DNA from: a virus
Lineage: Duplodnaviria > Caudoviricetes
DNA length: 44,291 nt
IMG/VR virus record: IMGVR_UViG_3300006639_000010
Coordinates: 1 to 44,291 of that record
Strand: one strand, 5' to 3'
Part shown: positions 1 to 10,318 of the stretch, piece after piece
Layout of the letters: each line of letters opens with the position of its first letter
Numbering within the stretch: the first letter of the stretch is position 1
Notes under the pieces: model-generated
Database searches by the model: none
Told to the model about the DNA's origin: nothing
What the model saw: only the letters and a program-made list of their open reading frames with translations
Program-made: the position numbers and the translations under genes

Positions 1-196
1 GCATCGTATTGATGAACATCTGTACACCGATGTTTGTGGTTGCATCGATACCAGCAAGTCTGTTTCCAGTTGCGTCATCGATTACAGCCTCACAAAGATC
101 CGCATTTCCAGACCAGAAAGTATTATCGGTGCTGGAGATGTTCAAGGATAGGTGAACGCAGGGTCTGCGGTCAACCGTAAATAGTGGGTTAGCCAT
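1..196 (-). CDS. Hypothetical late protein, truncated by the window edge (MANPLFTVDRRPCVHL...)
   Basis: ATG overlaps the upstream stop (TAATG at 198-194); frame open to position 1. Confidence 0.7.
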   Translation of the reverse strand, partial: MANPLFTVDRRPCVHLSLNISSTDNTFWSGNADLCEAVIDDATGNRLAGIDATTNIGVQMFINTM

Positions 197-3100
197 TAGA
201 ACTTAGTCTCCAAATACATAACAGAAAGTTGCATGTTAACAGAACCTGTTGTAGCTCCGTTTGATCTCCAAGCGTGTCCCGTTAGTGTTTGTGTGTTTGT
301 TGGTATGTTTGAAGAGGTTGAGTAGTTGAAGGCTGTTCCAGTTTCTAGATCTTCAAATCTAAAATGAATAGTACTACCATTAGGTGGCGTGTACACAACT
401 AGATCATACATAGTTGTACTAGAAATAGCTATGCCAGTATCTGTAAAAGTAGATGCCGCTGTTCCAGCTCTGTGTTGAATAAACCAGTTGGTGTCTCCGT
501 TTCGCTTACAAACACCGATAGCATCAGGTAAGGAGCTATGGTCTGGACTGGCATCCGCAATGTTTGTAACAGCATTCTGTGAGTTTAAACCAGCAAATTG
601 GGTTGTGGTTGCACCAACAGAATCATTAAACCCAAATCTACAGTTAAAGAAGAAACCACCTCTATTGTTGTTTGTGCCATCTCCTCTAAAACACTGTAGA
701 CCGTTTATTCTAAGGTCTACTTCTGTTTGGGCTGTTGTTGCGGTTGCTACTAAAGCCACTCGACCACAACTTGCTTGAAAGTTTGCTGAGCTAATTGTTG
801 CGGCGGTCATTGTACCCGTTGTGACAAAGTCAGCTCCGACATCAGCGGAAGCCTGTGCGGAAGCCGTACATGCTTTCCACCATCTAATGTTATTTCTTGA
901 CAAACAATGCTGTAAGTTTGTTGCATAACCCGATGAATCTGTATAAGCAAGTAAATCTTTTCCACCCAGATCTAGGGGATAAACCACCAAACTGTCGGCA
1001 GCTGGAGCAGAAGGAGCAGAGCTTGGCTTAATCAGTTTAAGATTACCACCAGCTTCTATCTCTACCTGTGATGCACCAGCAATAACCAAGTTACTGTCAT
1101 TGAACTGTACTTGTCTATCTGATCCACCAGGAGATGCTGAGCCGCCTGTGTTATCTGTTCCTGGTTCCCACACAGCAGATATGTTATTCCACTTGAGAAC
1201 CTGACCAGCTGTTGCTCCACCCTGTGCTATTCTAGCAAGAGCAAGAGAACCAGTTGTTATATCTGCAGCTGAGTGGGTGTGTGACGTACTTGCTTTTCCA
1301 GCGAGATCTGTAACAAGGTTGGTGATATCGCTTTGTGCGTGAGTGTGTGAGGCAGGAACATCAACTGTAATGGTATTTGCTGTGTTATCGTGACTAATTG
1401 AAGCAAGACCAGTACCACCTAGTGTTACTGTTCGTGTTTGCAACGAATCGTTATTCCACCAAATTAATTTTCCAGATGCTTGTAGTGGAACTGGAACGGT
1501 AATCGTAGATAGTGGTTGGGTGTGTCCATTAAGCCAACTATCTCTAGTTGAATTTATCCAAATATTACCAGCACCTAATATAAGAAGATCGTTTACAATA
1601 GGAGAGGTTAGAGTTACATCCGTTAAGTCGTTTAAGGCAACACTTCCAGCACCGCCAGTTGCATCATCAGCAGCTGCCCATGCAGAGCCGTTCCACTTGA
1701 TGACTTGACCTGAGGTTGCGCCTCCTTGTTCAAGATCGGCAAGGGCGTGGGTATGATCAAGAGGAGCTAGATCCTTATATTCGTTGCCGATATGTAAGAA
1801 CATTTCCTTTACAGTCAGCGTTTGAGCTGGACTAGATGTACCTCTAGAGCGGATTTCGCATCCACCATAAGTACCAACATCCGCTTCTAAACCTGTTCTT
1901 ACATAGTCAAGTTTAACAGTAGCTACTTCGTCTCCAAAGCTATCTAGTGTTATCTGAGATAATATAAAACCAGTTGGTGTGACTTCAACTCGTAAGGTTG
2001 CTTCTGATGCTACTGGTATTCCAGAATCAACAGAAACATCTACAACTTCAGTTCCAATAAAGTCATCTCTTACTTTACAAAACCAATTAGTTGTTCCATT
2101 ACAAACAAAGGCTACATATACTTGATCTTGTAGGTTGTGCGTAGCCGTAAAACCAACAAATGCAAATGTACCAGAATCCGAAGACCCTGTGTAGGATACC
2201 TTGGCTTGTAACATAGCCCTTGTATTACTAAAGGGTCTAAATGTTCCTGCTGCAACGCCCTTTCCACGATCCATATGTCTAAATCTAGCTACAGATGCGT
2301 TTAAATTTGCGTTGGTTATAAGCTGTATCGAATTACCTGTAAGCACAACATTACCGTTTGTTGGGTTTGGTTCTGTACCTACAGATGTTACAAACGAACC
2401 CGTAGTAGTTCCATCAGTAAAATAGTACTGATGTCCCCACATAATATCGAGAGGTTGCGTCATAAAGCTGTTATTAAATGCAAGATTCTGCATGGTAACA
2501 ACACCAGGATCAATAGTCCAAGTGTTGTCTCCGTTTACTGTAATGTCTCCCTTATCACCTTGTGTGAGATTAAAGGAGAACAATTCGGTTCCGTTATTGT
2601 AAGACGCAGAAATACTGTTACCATCCGTAAACTCAGCTGGTACCCAGTTGGTTCCATTCCATGCAGCCACACTGCCAGTGGATGCTCCGCTGACTGTTAG
2701 ATCAGACAAAGCATGTGGGTGTGAAGAGGGAACATCAACGTTTATTTCGTTAGTTGTGTTGTCGTGAGTAACAGTTGCAAGACCAGAGTCTGTAAGTGTT
2801 ACTGTTCTTAGTTGCAAGCTATCATTATTCCACCAAAGCAATCTACCACTTACTTGCTGTGGAGCGGGAATTGTAATTGTGGTTAGTCCCTGGGTGTGTC
2901 CTGATAGATACGAATCTCTATTAACAGGAACAAAAGCACCGCCACCACCACTACTCCATTGTAGGATATCACCGCCAATTGGAGTTCCCAAAGTAACGTC
3001 AGTCATGGCATCAATAGACAAAGTTGCCCATGTGCCATCACCCTTGAGATACTTGGTAGCGTCTGCGGTACCAGTTGCCAAGCGTTCCTTAGCAACAACC

Positions 3101-4209
3101 CGCGAAGAGTTAAGCACGGCAATGCCGTTAGCTTGATCTAGTTCTTCGATGACGTTTGCCGCAATGGCAAGACCAACGACGGCATCGGTATAATCCTTGG
3201 TAGCTGCATCCTGTGGATTCACAGGAAGGGCTAGGTTGAGGTTGTCCTGAGTAATTGTTGGCTCAGCCCAAGTACCATCACCATGCAATACAGTTGTTGT
3301 TGATGGTGTACCAGTGCCTAGTTGTTCTACAGGAACGGTAACATCAACAGCATCAAGCGTAGCAAACCAACCAGGTTGACCTAGTCTATCTTCTACAAAA
3401 GTCTGTGTTACATCTAGAGCGATTGGTTCTATAGTTCCTGCTACAATCTGCCAGTCGTTTTGTCCAACAACCTCAATTTCATTCTTAACACCTAGCGGTA
3501 TGGTTGTTCCCGCTACAGGACCAGGAGCATTGACCCACTGGGTACCATTGAACTGCAGGATTTCTGTGTTCTGTGGTGCCGTTAGAGTTACCGTGGTCAA
3601 ATCGTTAAGAGTTAATGACGGGGTTGGTATGACCCTGTTTACCCAGAGACCAGCTGTCTCATCAAAGGTAAGTACTTCACCTTCGGCTGGAGCAGTGTCT
3701 GGAAACTCTACGTCGTTGAGTTGTGTAATGCTAAGGGCTGGTAGTTTTGGCATGCCGATGGGATCTAGATTTTCCCAAACAGCTGTACCATTACCAATTC
3801 TAATTTCATTCAAGCTTGAGTCATAACCAATCTCACCAGCATTTAGGATAGTTCCTACCCAGTTTACGGTTATGTCTCTTCTAATCTGAATCTGTTGATC
3901 CAAGCTAGGAGCAGAACCACCATCAAGTGGACCGCTATCTAACTTGTTATTAATTAATGTCATCAATGCAGAGTCTAGCGACCAAGTGGTTCCGCCGCCA
4001 GAGATGACGATATCTCCTTTATCTCCATCTGCAATGATAGAGCTACCAATGACTGGCAAATCAAGCCAAGCATTGGTTCCATCACCAACCCTAATTTGGT
4101 GGTTGGTAAGATCGTAGGAGATTTCACCCAAGGCTAGAGTCGGATTTACCGATGTCCAGTTTGCGATGGTATCTCTACGAATTCGTATGATGGCAATATC
4201 AGTTGGCAT
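196..4209 (-). CDS. Large tail fibre / receptor-binding protein with two Mtd_N-like (hyaluronidase N-terminal-like) domains and internal duplications
   Basis: IRIRRDT..NW...GEI.YD...IR.G.G...W..L occurs twice; GDKGDI and LxGDGTW repeats; HxH motifs; duplicated WWNNDSL module; AGGAGG SD before ATG 4209. Confidence 0.8.
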   Translation of the reverse strand: MPTDIAIIRIRRDTIANWTSVNPTLALGEISYDLTNHQIRVGDGTNAWLDLPVIGSSIIADGDKGDIVISGGGTTWSLDSALMTLINNKLDSGPLDGGSAPSLDQQIQIRRDITVNWVGTILNAGEIGYDSSLNEIRIGNGTAVWENLDPIGMPKLPALSITQLNDVEFPDTAPAEGEVLTFDETAGLWVNRVIPTPSLTLNDLTTVTLTAPQNTEILQFNGTQWVNAPGPVAGTTIPLGVKNEIEVVGQNDWQIVAGTIEPIALDVTQTFVEDRLGQPGWFATLDAVDVTVPVEQLGTGTPSTTTVLHGDGTWAEPTITQDNLNLALPVNPQDAATKDYTDAVVGLAIAANVIEELDQANGIAVLNSSRVVAKERLATGTADATKYLKGDGTWATLSIDAMTDVTLGTPIGGDILQWSSGGGGAFVPVNRDSYLSGHTQGLTTITIPAPQQVSGRLLWWNNDSLQLRTVTLTDSGLATVTHDNTTNEINVDVPSSHPHALSDLTVSGASTGSVAAWNGTNWVPAEFTDGNSISASYNNGTELFSFNLTQGDKGDITVNGDNTWTIDPGVVTMQNLAFNNSFMTQPLDIMWGHQYYFTDGTTTGSFVTSVGTEPNPTNGNVVLTGNSIQLITNANLNASVARFRHMDRGKGVAAGTFRPFSNTRAMLQAKVSYTGSSDSGTFAFVGFTATHNLQDQVYVAFVCNGTTNWFCKVRDDFIGTEVVDVSVDSGIPVASEATLRVEVTPTGFILSQITLDSFGDEVATVKLDYVRTGLEADVGTYGGCEIRSRGTSSPAQTLTVKEMFLHIGNEYKDLAPLDHTHALADLEQGGATSGQVIKWNGSAWAAADDATGGAGSVALNDLTDVTLTSPIVNDLLILGAGNIWINSTRDSWLNGHTQPLSTITVPVPLQASGKLIWWNNDSLQTRTVTLGGTGLASISHDNTANTITVDVPASHTHAQSDITNLVTDLAGKASTSHTHSAADITTGSLALARIAQGGATAGQVLKWNNISAVWEPGTDNTGGSASPGGSDRQVQFNDSNLVIAGASQVEIEAGGNLKLIKPSSAPSAPAADSLVVYPLDLGGKDLLAYTDSSGYATNLQHCLSRNNIRWWKACTASAQASADVGADFVTTGTMTAATISSANFQASCGRVALVATATTAQTEVDLRINGLQCFRGDGTNNNRGGFFFNCRFGFNDSVGATTTQFAGLNSQNAVTNIADASPDHSSLPDAIGVCKRNGDTNWFIQHRAGTAASTFTDTGIAISSTTMYDLVVYTPPNGSTIHFRFEDLETGTAFNYSTSSNIPTNTQTLTGHAWRSNGATTGSVNMQLSVMYLETKF

Positions 4210-4221
4210 CAATACCTCCTG

Positions 4222-4494
4222 TTACAGCGTCTCAAAAGAGCCGCCAGAGTTTACATCTAGTGTACCACCAGTGCCAGCGTCACCGCCATCATAGACAACG
4301 ACCTGTGTGTTCGGAGCAAACTCACCATCAAGGATAAGTGTGCCACCTGTTCCACCGCCATTTGTATCTATGACAACGACGTTACCTGATTCGTATTCTA
4401 CGACCAAGTCACCATCTGCATTGAGGTACATGCGACTCACGCCACCGATGGATACGGTGGGTGGTCGCGGAATTACACGTTTATAATTTGGCAT
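4222..4494 (-). CDS. Small Gly-rich virion-associated hypothetical protein
   Basis: 90-aa ORF coupled to neighbours; DGG-type motifs also seen in the adjacent fibre. Confidence 0.65.
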   Translation of the reverse strand: MPNYKRVIPRPPTVSIGGVSRMYLNADGDLVVEYESGNVVVIDTNGGGTGGTLILDGEFAPNTQVVVYDGGDAGTGGTLDVNSGGSFETL

Positions 4495-5005
4495 TCTTTC
4501 TCCTTCGGAATGCGGTATCCAAAGCTGGATCCTTTGCCCTTAGGAACGCCACGGTCTCCCTCAGGGATGTATCTCCCCTTAGGGTTTCATCCAGTAGCTT
4601 TGCCTCCTGCTGTTTAGCTTCGGGGACATATCCAATAAGCTTTCTGAATAAAGAACCTAGACCAGAGTACCACAGCAGAACAACAACACCTATAACAGCA
4701 ATGGCAACCATTGTTATCTCTATAGTGTTTGCCCACCACGGTACGGTATCTACTACCCCCGAAGTCGCCTCGATGATTCCTTCGGTTTTCGCAACGATCT
4801 CGGTCTGTTCCGAAATCCCTTGATGGGATCTGTTCTTGATTTCTTCAAGTCTTGGGGGGATTGAGACTGCTGCTTCATAGATCTTCTCAAAGTTTTGCTT
4901 TGAGTCCTGTGCTAGAGACCGAATTGAATTGGAGTTCTTTTGAATTTGTTCTACCGATGAGCATGAAAATAGAGAGATGCTAATTAAGATCGTTCTTATC
5001 CACAT
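4481..5005 (-). CDS. Lipoprotein with a C-proximal TM helix (unimolecular spanin-like topology)
   Basis: MWIRTILISISLFSC lipobox-like signal, helical middle, hydrophobic ITMVAIAVIGVVVLLW; AGGAG SD before ATG 5005. Confidence 0.55.
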   Translation of the reverse strand: MWIRTILISISLFSCSSVEQIQKNSNSIRSLAQDSKQNFEKIYEAAVSIPPRLEEIKNRSHQGISEQTEIVAKTEGIIEATSGVVDTVPWWANTIEITMVAIAVIGVVVLLWYSGLGSLFRKLIGYVPEAKQQEAKLLDETLRGDTSLRETVAFLRAKDPALDTAFRRRKNAKL

Positions 5006-5264
5006 GGATTCCACTCCTGACAATAGCCAGTGTTAGTGTTTGAAGAACATTACGAATCTCATGGACATTCTTCTCTAGTCTTTCTACTCTGCTTATTACT
5101 GTTTCATGTTCTATTGTCTTGATATCTTTCATAGACTTGATCTCTGCTTCCAGAGATGAAATCTTAGTAGCTAGCCAATAGACACAACCACCTGCTGGAA
5201 GGAACAACACACTGATTATGAGCAACAACTGCTCTACCGTTAGGGGATGTGCGGTGACTTCCAT
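4980..5264 (-). CDS. Single-TM plus coiled-coil membrane protein (holin or lysis accessory candidate)
   Basis: Hydrophobic LLLIISVLFLPAGGCVYWL followed by a heptad-rich segment. Confidence 0.5.
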   Translation of the reverse strand: MEVTAHPLTVEQLLLIISVLFLPAGGCVYWLATKISSLEAEIKSMKDIKTIEHETVISRVERLEKNVHEIRNVLQTLTLAIVRSGIHVDKNDLN

Positions 5265-5265
5265 A

Positions 5266-6711
5266 TCAGGTACTCGCTAGAGACAAGGTCATAACGATTG
5301 GAGAATCTGTTACTCCTGCTAAAGCCATAGCGGTGGGTCTACCACCAACCATTACATTAGTAGCACTACCAGATGTAATTGTAAATGTACCAGCATTTAC
5401 TCCAAGTGAGCAACTAGAGTTACCTTGTATCGTAACCTTTCTAACAACAAAGGCATAAGCATTACCGCTTGTCCATTGTTCACGTCTCCAATAAAACGCA
5501 ACTGCCACACTTCCATTGTTTACTACGTTTACGGTAGAACCTGTAAAGGTAGTAACATCTTCTGAAATAGTAAAAGTAAGTGTAGATAAAGGACTTGGTG
5601 TTGTTGTTACGTTCTGTTCTGCTGTTCCGTTTTGAGACTTAAAGCTACCTATAGCTACGGAAGCAGCAGCTAGCGAACCAGCTGTTTGAATAGCACCCGT
5701 AACAATAAGATCGCCGCTGACTCTTGCGGTACCATCTACAACGAGTTCACCTACGTTGTTTCCGTTCTTAGGTCTGATGGTAATACCAGTGCTTGGTAGG
5801 TTACTGCTGTTTGAGAACAGGCGAATAGATCTACCAGCAGATGATAGGTTTGGTTGTACAAACAGATCATTTGAAAGACCAACGGAATCTGTTAGCGATG
5901 ATGCAAAGATTCTACCACCACCAGAAACATCTAGTTTTAGGTTGCTCGTTAGGGTCTTTGCGCCTGAGATCGTCTGATCGTCAGCTAGGGTTACTACGGC
6001 TGTCTTGGCATTGGTGCCAACAGCTGAGAACTCTAGGGTATTGTTGACGGTTGTTGTTGCAGAGGTTGCCGTAATGGCATCGACCGCAACACCAGAACCG
6101 TTGGTTGGTGCGATTACAACAGACTTGCTTACACCGCTGCCAGATAGCTTGGCGGTGCTGCTAAGGGAGATGTTGTTGCTGAAGGTCTTGGCTCCAGAGA
6201 TAACTTGGTTGGATGTAAGATCTACACCACCACCAGAGCTAACCCATGCGGAACCATTCCATACCTTTAGCGAGGTTGCGCCTACCGTGGTATCGAACCA
6301 CAGCTGTCCAGTGTCTGCCGCGTTTACGGTTGGCGTGGTATCCGTGAAGAATACACGACCAGCATTCTGTAGAACACCTCTTTGATTAAAGGCATTCAAT
6401 AGAGCATCTGCACTGGTTCTGATTTCAAGGAGATTGTTTAATTGTGATGCGTTTGCGTTTACCTTGAGAAGACGCAAAGCAGGATCGAATGTAAGACCTG
6501 TGGCTGGAACCTGTACGTTGAAACTGTCAGGTCCAACGGTAATTCTATTCAAGCCAACAAGTACATTGTCATTGTTTGTGGCATTGTCGATGCCAGGATC
6601 GCCAGTGGTAATCATTGTCCAGCTCTTGTTAGATGAGCTGAACTGCCACTGAACTGTTCCTTCTGTGTGGATTGCTCCATCGGCTGGAGCGTTTGGGAAG
6701 TTAATAGCCAT
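5266..6711 (-). CDS. Tail fibre / virion structural protein
   Basis: MAINFP N-terminus, GQLWFDT..LKVWNGSAW motif, two QxISGAKT repeats typical of phage fibres. Confidence 0.75.
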   Translation of the reverse strand: MAINFPNAPADGAIHTEGTVQWQFSSSNKSWTMITTGDPGIDNATNNDNVLVGLNRITVGPDSFNVQVPATGLTFDPALRLLKVNANASQLNNLLEIRTSADALLNAFNQRGVLQNAGRVFFTDTTPTVNAADTGQLWFDTTVGATSLKVWNGSAWVSSGGGVDLTSNQVISGAKTFSNNISLSSTAKLSGSGVSKSVVIAPTNGSGVAVDAITATSATTTVNNTLEFSAVGTNAKTAVVTLADDQTISGAKTLTSNLKLDVSGGGRIFASSLTDSVGLSNDLFVQPNLSSAGRSIRLFSNSSNLPSTGITIRPKNGNNVGELVVDGTARVSGDLIVTGAIQTAGSLAAASVAIGSFKSQNGTAEQNVTTTPSPLSTLTFTISEDVTTFTGSTVNVVNNGSVAVAFYWRREQWTSGNAYAFVVRKVTIQGNSSCSLGVNAGTFTITSGSATNVMVGGRPTAMALAGVTDSPIVMTLSLAST

Positions 6712-6719
6712 GAGTTACC

Positions 6720-7643
6720 TTATTGTGCAGGAGCAGAGACATCGACCCAATAGCCGATCTCAGCATCCGTTGCTTCTGTTGCTGCTCCAAACTTATCGTC
6801 TGGAATGTAGACATATAACCTACCATTAGTTAGGTTAAACCAAAGGGATCCCCAGCCAAACAACCCATCACCCACAGTACCTCTTGTTGGAGAGGCTGCT
6901 TGTGCAAAGAAGGAGCTTGGTAATAGACCTAGAGGACCAGGTGCCTGTGATGCTGGTAGTTTGCCAGATGAATCCAAAGTTGCAATACCGTTAGCTGCTC
7001 CTAGTTGAGAGGTAACGGTATCGTCTACTAGATCATCTACATATACCTTGGTCGCTGCGTCTTCGTCGTTTGTTGGTTCAGCTAGGTTTGTGATGACAAA
7101 CCCACCTGCACTTAGGTCTTCGACCAATGGGTTTACAACCGCATCAAAGTCAGTACGAAGAATGGCATTGTCTGCCGTGTTCTTTACCTCTTGGATAAGA
7201 CCCAGTAGGTGTGATGTCTGTAGATTGAGTTGGTCTGCAGTGATGCGCGAACCAGTAGTCCACGTTACATATGGTTCAGCGACGATGTTTACGCGCTTGA
7301 CCGTAATGGCTTCTCCAGCCAGTAATGCTGGTAGAGAGATAACGCTTCCGTCATCTCTTGTGAAGGTGGTACCTGGGGGAATTGTGATTGCTGTGATTGT
7401 TCTGTTGATTTCATCCAGTGTTAGCCAATCGCTAGCCAGTTGACCCATGTCGCGGTACTCTCGGGGTGACAGATCTAAACCTGATACCGTATCGATTTCG
7501 CTGCGGAACAGAAGCAACTGCTCCTGCTGATCAACACCACCCACCATTGTGAGTGGAGCATAGGAGATTGGAACTAAATCAGGACCACTAAAGGCGATGG
7601 TAGCCTCAGTTGATAGTGTAACTGTCGTTTGATTTGTTGCCAT
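6720..7643 (-). CDS. Tail fibre adaptor, T7 gp17 N-terminal-like
   Basis: VTWTTGSRITADQLN..Q..LL..IQE resembles the gp17 anchor; DAATKVYVD and GIATLDSSGK motifs; start MATNQ just after the gp12 stop. Confidence 0.8.
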   Translation of the reverse strand: MATNQTTVTLSTEATIAFSGPDLVPISYAPLTMVGGVDQQEQLLLFRSEIDTVSGLDLSPREYRDMGQLASDWLTLDEINRTITAITIPPGTTFTRDDGSVISLPALLAGEAITVKRVNIVAEPYVTWTTGSRITADQLNLQTSHLLGLIQEVKNTADNAILRTDFDAVVNPLVEDLSAGGFVITNLAEPTNDEDAATKVYVDDLVDDTVTSQLGAANGIATLDSSGKLPASQAPGPLGLLPSSFFAQAASPTRGTVGDGLFGWGSLWFNLTNGRLYVYIPDDKFGAATEATDAEIGYWVDVSAPAQ

Positions 7644-7645
7644 AT

Positions 7646-10318
7646 TTATCTCAATGAAGAATTGTTCTTGTTGAAGATGCTCTTGAATTCCATCTGAGTA
7701 ATATTGCAAGGAGATAGTTTGTCATTAATGATCTCAACCTTGGTTGTATCGCTTAAGCCAAATACCTTTGCAATAAAGATTCCATCCTCTTGGATGTTAT
7801 TGGTATTTTCAAGATTGGTAGCCGAAAACTCGGAGACCAGTTTGTTTGTCCTACCACGGCGAGTTACCTCGACTCTATAGGTTCCTGTCTTATTGTGTCT
7901 TAGTTGCAAGGTCTTAAGGTTCAACGAACCCTCGACAATGTTGCTGTCCTGTCCCCTTAGGAATTGTGGAGACAATTCAATCAACATCCTATAGGTGTTT
8001 CCTACATAGACCCGCTTACCAAGATGCTCTGTCAGGTCAATACCTGAGAAAGTAACTGAAGTAGTTGATCCTGAGATCTGTGCATTGCTCGCGGCAAAGA
8101 CTGAATACTCAAGATCCGCACCAAAGTCTTCAGATAGAACAACGTAGCAATCCTGTTCATCAAGGATGTATGGAACGCTGATGGTTGTTTCTACTGCTCT
8201 GGCTGTTGTGTTTAGGTTGGTAATCGTCAACAACGTTCTGTTGTCAAGACGTGGAATAGATACATCCTCTTGATCCAGTAGGTTGTTCATAACATACCAA
8301 GCACTAGAGGATTCTGATTCACGCTTTACAACGGCATACAGATAGTTATCCCATACCTTGATACCAAACACGCTGTCAATATCGTTTAGGTTATATCGCC
8401 AGAATGCTGATTGAATCAGTTGATTACCATCAAACCGATTGCAATACATATACAGCTTGTTCTTATTGTCTTCGTCTACCGCTATCAGGTAGTTCTGCGA
8501 GACCGCAGTAGTCACATCCTGATAATTGGTTGGTAGATAGCCGCGAACTGTATTTGACAATTCAACCGCTGTGTTAAACTCTCGGCTTTCCTGATTGAGA
8601 TAGATGTACAACCTCTGCTTATCGAAGAAATAGATCTGGCTACCCAAAGTTAGTGGGTCAACTAGATCTGCCGTAGAGTAGAAAGTCGTACTTGAGATCT
8701 CTGCTGTTAGCGGAGAAATCAAGTTGTTGTCTCCCTTAAGTTCGAACTGTACGCCACCCTTGGTATTGATGAACAGATACATGTCGAACGGAATCATAGC
8801 CGTGATCTCAGCATAGTTATTGCTGGCGGCACGGACATCGATTGGATCGGATACGGTTACATTGGAGGGATCCTTGATCCAAAGATCCTCTAGGACTCCC
8901 ATCTGAGAGGAGAATACAACATCTCCTGATGAGAAGAATAGTCTGTCTCTGAAGTTTGCCAAGGATGTAAGCTGAACGTGTCTGGCTTCGCCACTTTCCG
9001 TTAGGAATGGCGATGGACCTGGGTTGGTTGTTCTATCACCAACTGTTCTAGCCGACCAATTGATTGGCTCTAGACGGAATGTACCGTTAACTAGGGTCAA
9101 TCTCTGTGGCATTCTACGCTTGTCAATGACCGAACAGATGTCTGGTGTTCTTACCTTCTGGGTATAGGGTTTACCTGTACCCGTTACTAGAACTGTATCT
9201 ACGGTTATCTCGTTTCCTTCTGGAATAGAAACAATCCTGTAGTATCCAGCATCCAAAGATAGGTATGGTGCGTCGCAGAAATAGATCTTACCACGACCAT
9301 CCAACACATCGGGATACTGGGTCAAAGGATCGTAGAAAGTTCTCAACATATCCCTTGCGGTTGTATCATCTGGATCTGTGTCCAGATTGGAGTTGAGAAC
9401 AATGAAGTCATTGTTGTCTGGTGGGAACCGAAGTTCTCCAAAGTTTCTAACTGATTGACCCAGCCAAGGCTTCTCAAAATCTCCGTAGACATAGTCCTCT
9501 ACGGGAATGAACTGCGCTGGGAAGTTTGGGTCTAGTTCCTCACCCTCACGAAGAACGTGAGTAGAGGGATATAGGCGACCATCCAAAGTCTTAATGACCC
9601 GAAGGCTAGTAAAGTAGGTTACCTTACTGCCATGGGGGTCATCAATATCTGTTTCTGTACCGTTTAGATTGATTGTCTTGCCGTTGGTTCCGCTGGTAAA
9701 GCCAGCGTATACCTTGGTATTCAGGTACAAGGTGTTGGTACCAAGCTGCAAAGACTTGAGAACTTCTCTAGTCTTACCAGTACCAAAGGTCATGTACTCT
9801 CTTGATGCAGCATCCACGGTACCCTGACTAAGTAGTTGGGTATATCTTTCGTGAGTTGTGCCGCCACCACTGAGGGTAGCAAGGTCAAAGATTGGGAATC
9901 TAACGTCATCTACTGGAATAGAGGAGGGTGTGATACCATCCCAAGCCAAAGATGGATCATCGGGATCCCATTGTGTGTCTGATGTCTTATTGATCCAACC
10001 AGTCTCTGTTACCTGTAGGGCATAGATCAGCTTACTAGCTGCGCTGGTTGCATTTCGATCCACAATAATAAGATATCGGTTGTTTCTATCTAGTTGGTAC
10101 CAAGTAAAGTGTGGATCTGCGGTGCTTGGTAGAAACGATAGATCATATGTGCTGGTTCCACTAAGCATGGAGAATCCAGGTCTCTTCTCGACCGATCTCT
10201 CCAAGGAAACCATGCAGTTGTCTAGGTTCTCAGCTTGGTATGGGGTTCTCTTTGATGCGGGCTGTCGTGATACACCACCACTAAGTGTGTAGATGGGGAT
10301 GATTCTTGGCTCTGCCAT
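7646..10318 (-). CDS. Tail tubular protein B (T7 gp12-like nozzle)
   Basis: N-terminal LSGGVSRQP...KRPG, MPQRL, W..R.VGD..TNP.PSF, FRDRLFF, DPIDV, QSAFWRY. Confidence 0.92.
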   Translation of the reverse strand: MAEPRIIPIYTLSGGVSRQPASKRTPYQAENLDNCMVSLERSVEKRPGFSMLSGTSTYDLSFLPSTADPHFTWYQLDRNNRYLIIVDRNATSAASKLIYALQVTETGWINKTSDTQWDPDDPSLAWDGITPSSIPVDDVRFPIFDLATLSGGGTTHERYTQLLSQGTVDAASREYMTFGTGKTREVLKSLQLGTNTLYLNTKVYAGFTSGTNGKTINLNGTETDIDDPHGSKVTYFTSLRVIKTLDGRLYPSTHVLREGEELDPNFPAQFIPVEDYVYGDFEKPWLGQSVRNFGELRFPPDNNDFIVLNSNLDTDPDDTTARDMLRTFYDPLTQYPDVLDGRGKIYFCDAPYLSLDAGYYRIVSIPEGNEITVDTVLVTGTGKPYTQKVRTPDICSVIDKRRMPQRLTLVNGTFRLEPINWSARTVGDRTTNPGPSPFLTESGEARHVQLTSLANFRDRLFFSSGDVVFSSQMGVLEDLWIKDPSNVTVSDPIDVRAASNNYAEITAMIPFDMYLFINTKGGVQFELKGDNNLISPLTAEISSTTFYSTADLVDPLTLGSQIYFFDKQRLYIYLNQESREFNTAVELSNTVRGYLPTNYQDVTTAVSQNYLIAVDEDNKNKLYMYCNRFDGNQLIQSAFWRYNLNDIDSVFGIKVWDNYLYAVVKRESESSSAWYVMNNLLDQEDVSIPRLDNRTLLTITNLNTTARAVETTISVPYILDEQDCYVVLSEDFGADLEYSVFAASNAQISGSTTSVTFSGIDLTEHLGKRVYVGNTYRMLIELSPQFLRGQDSNIVEGSLNLKTLQLRHNKTGTYRVEVTRRGRTNKLVSEFSATNLENTNNIQEDGIFIAKVFGLSDTTKVEIINDKLSPCNITQMEFKSIFNKNNSSLR

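Noticed and set aside
196-4209. Diversity-generating retroelement suggested by the Mtd_N-like domains
   Set aside because: No reverse transcriptase and no TR/VR pair with adenine-specific mismatches seen; the internal duplication has diverged at many kinds of position
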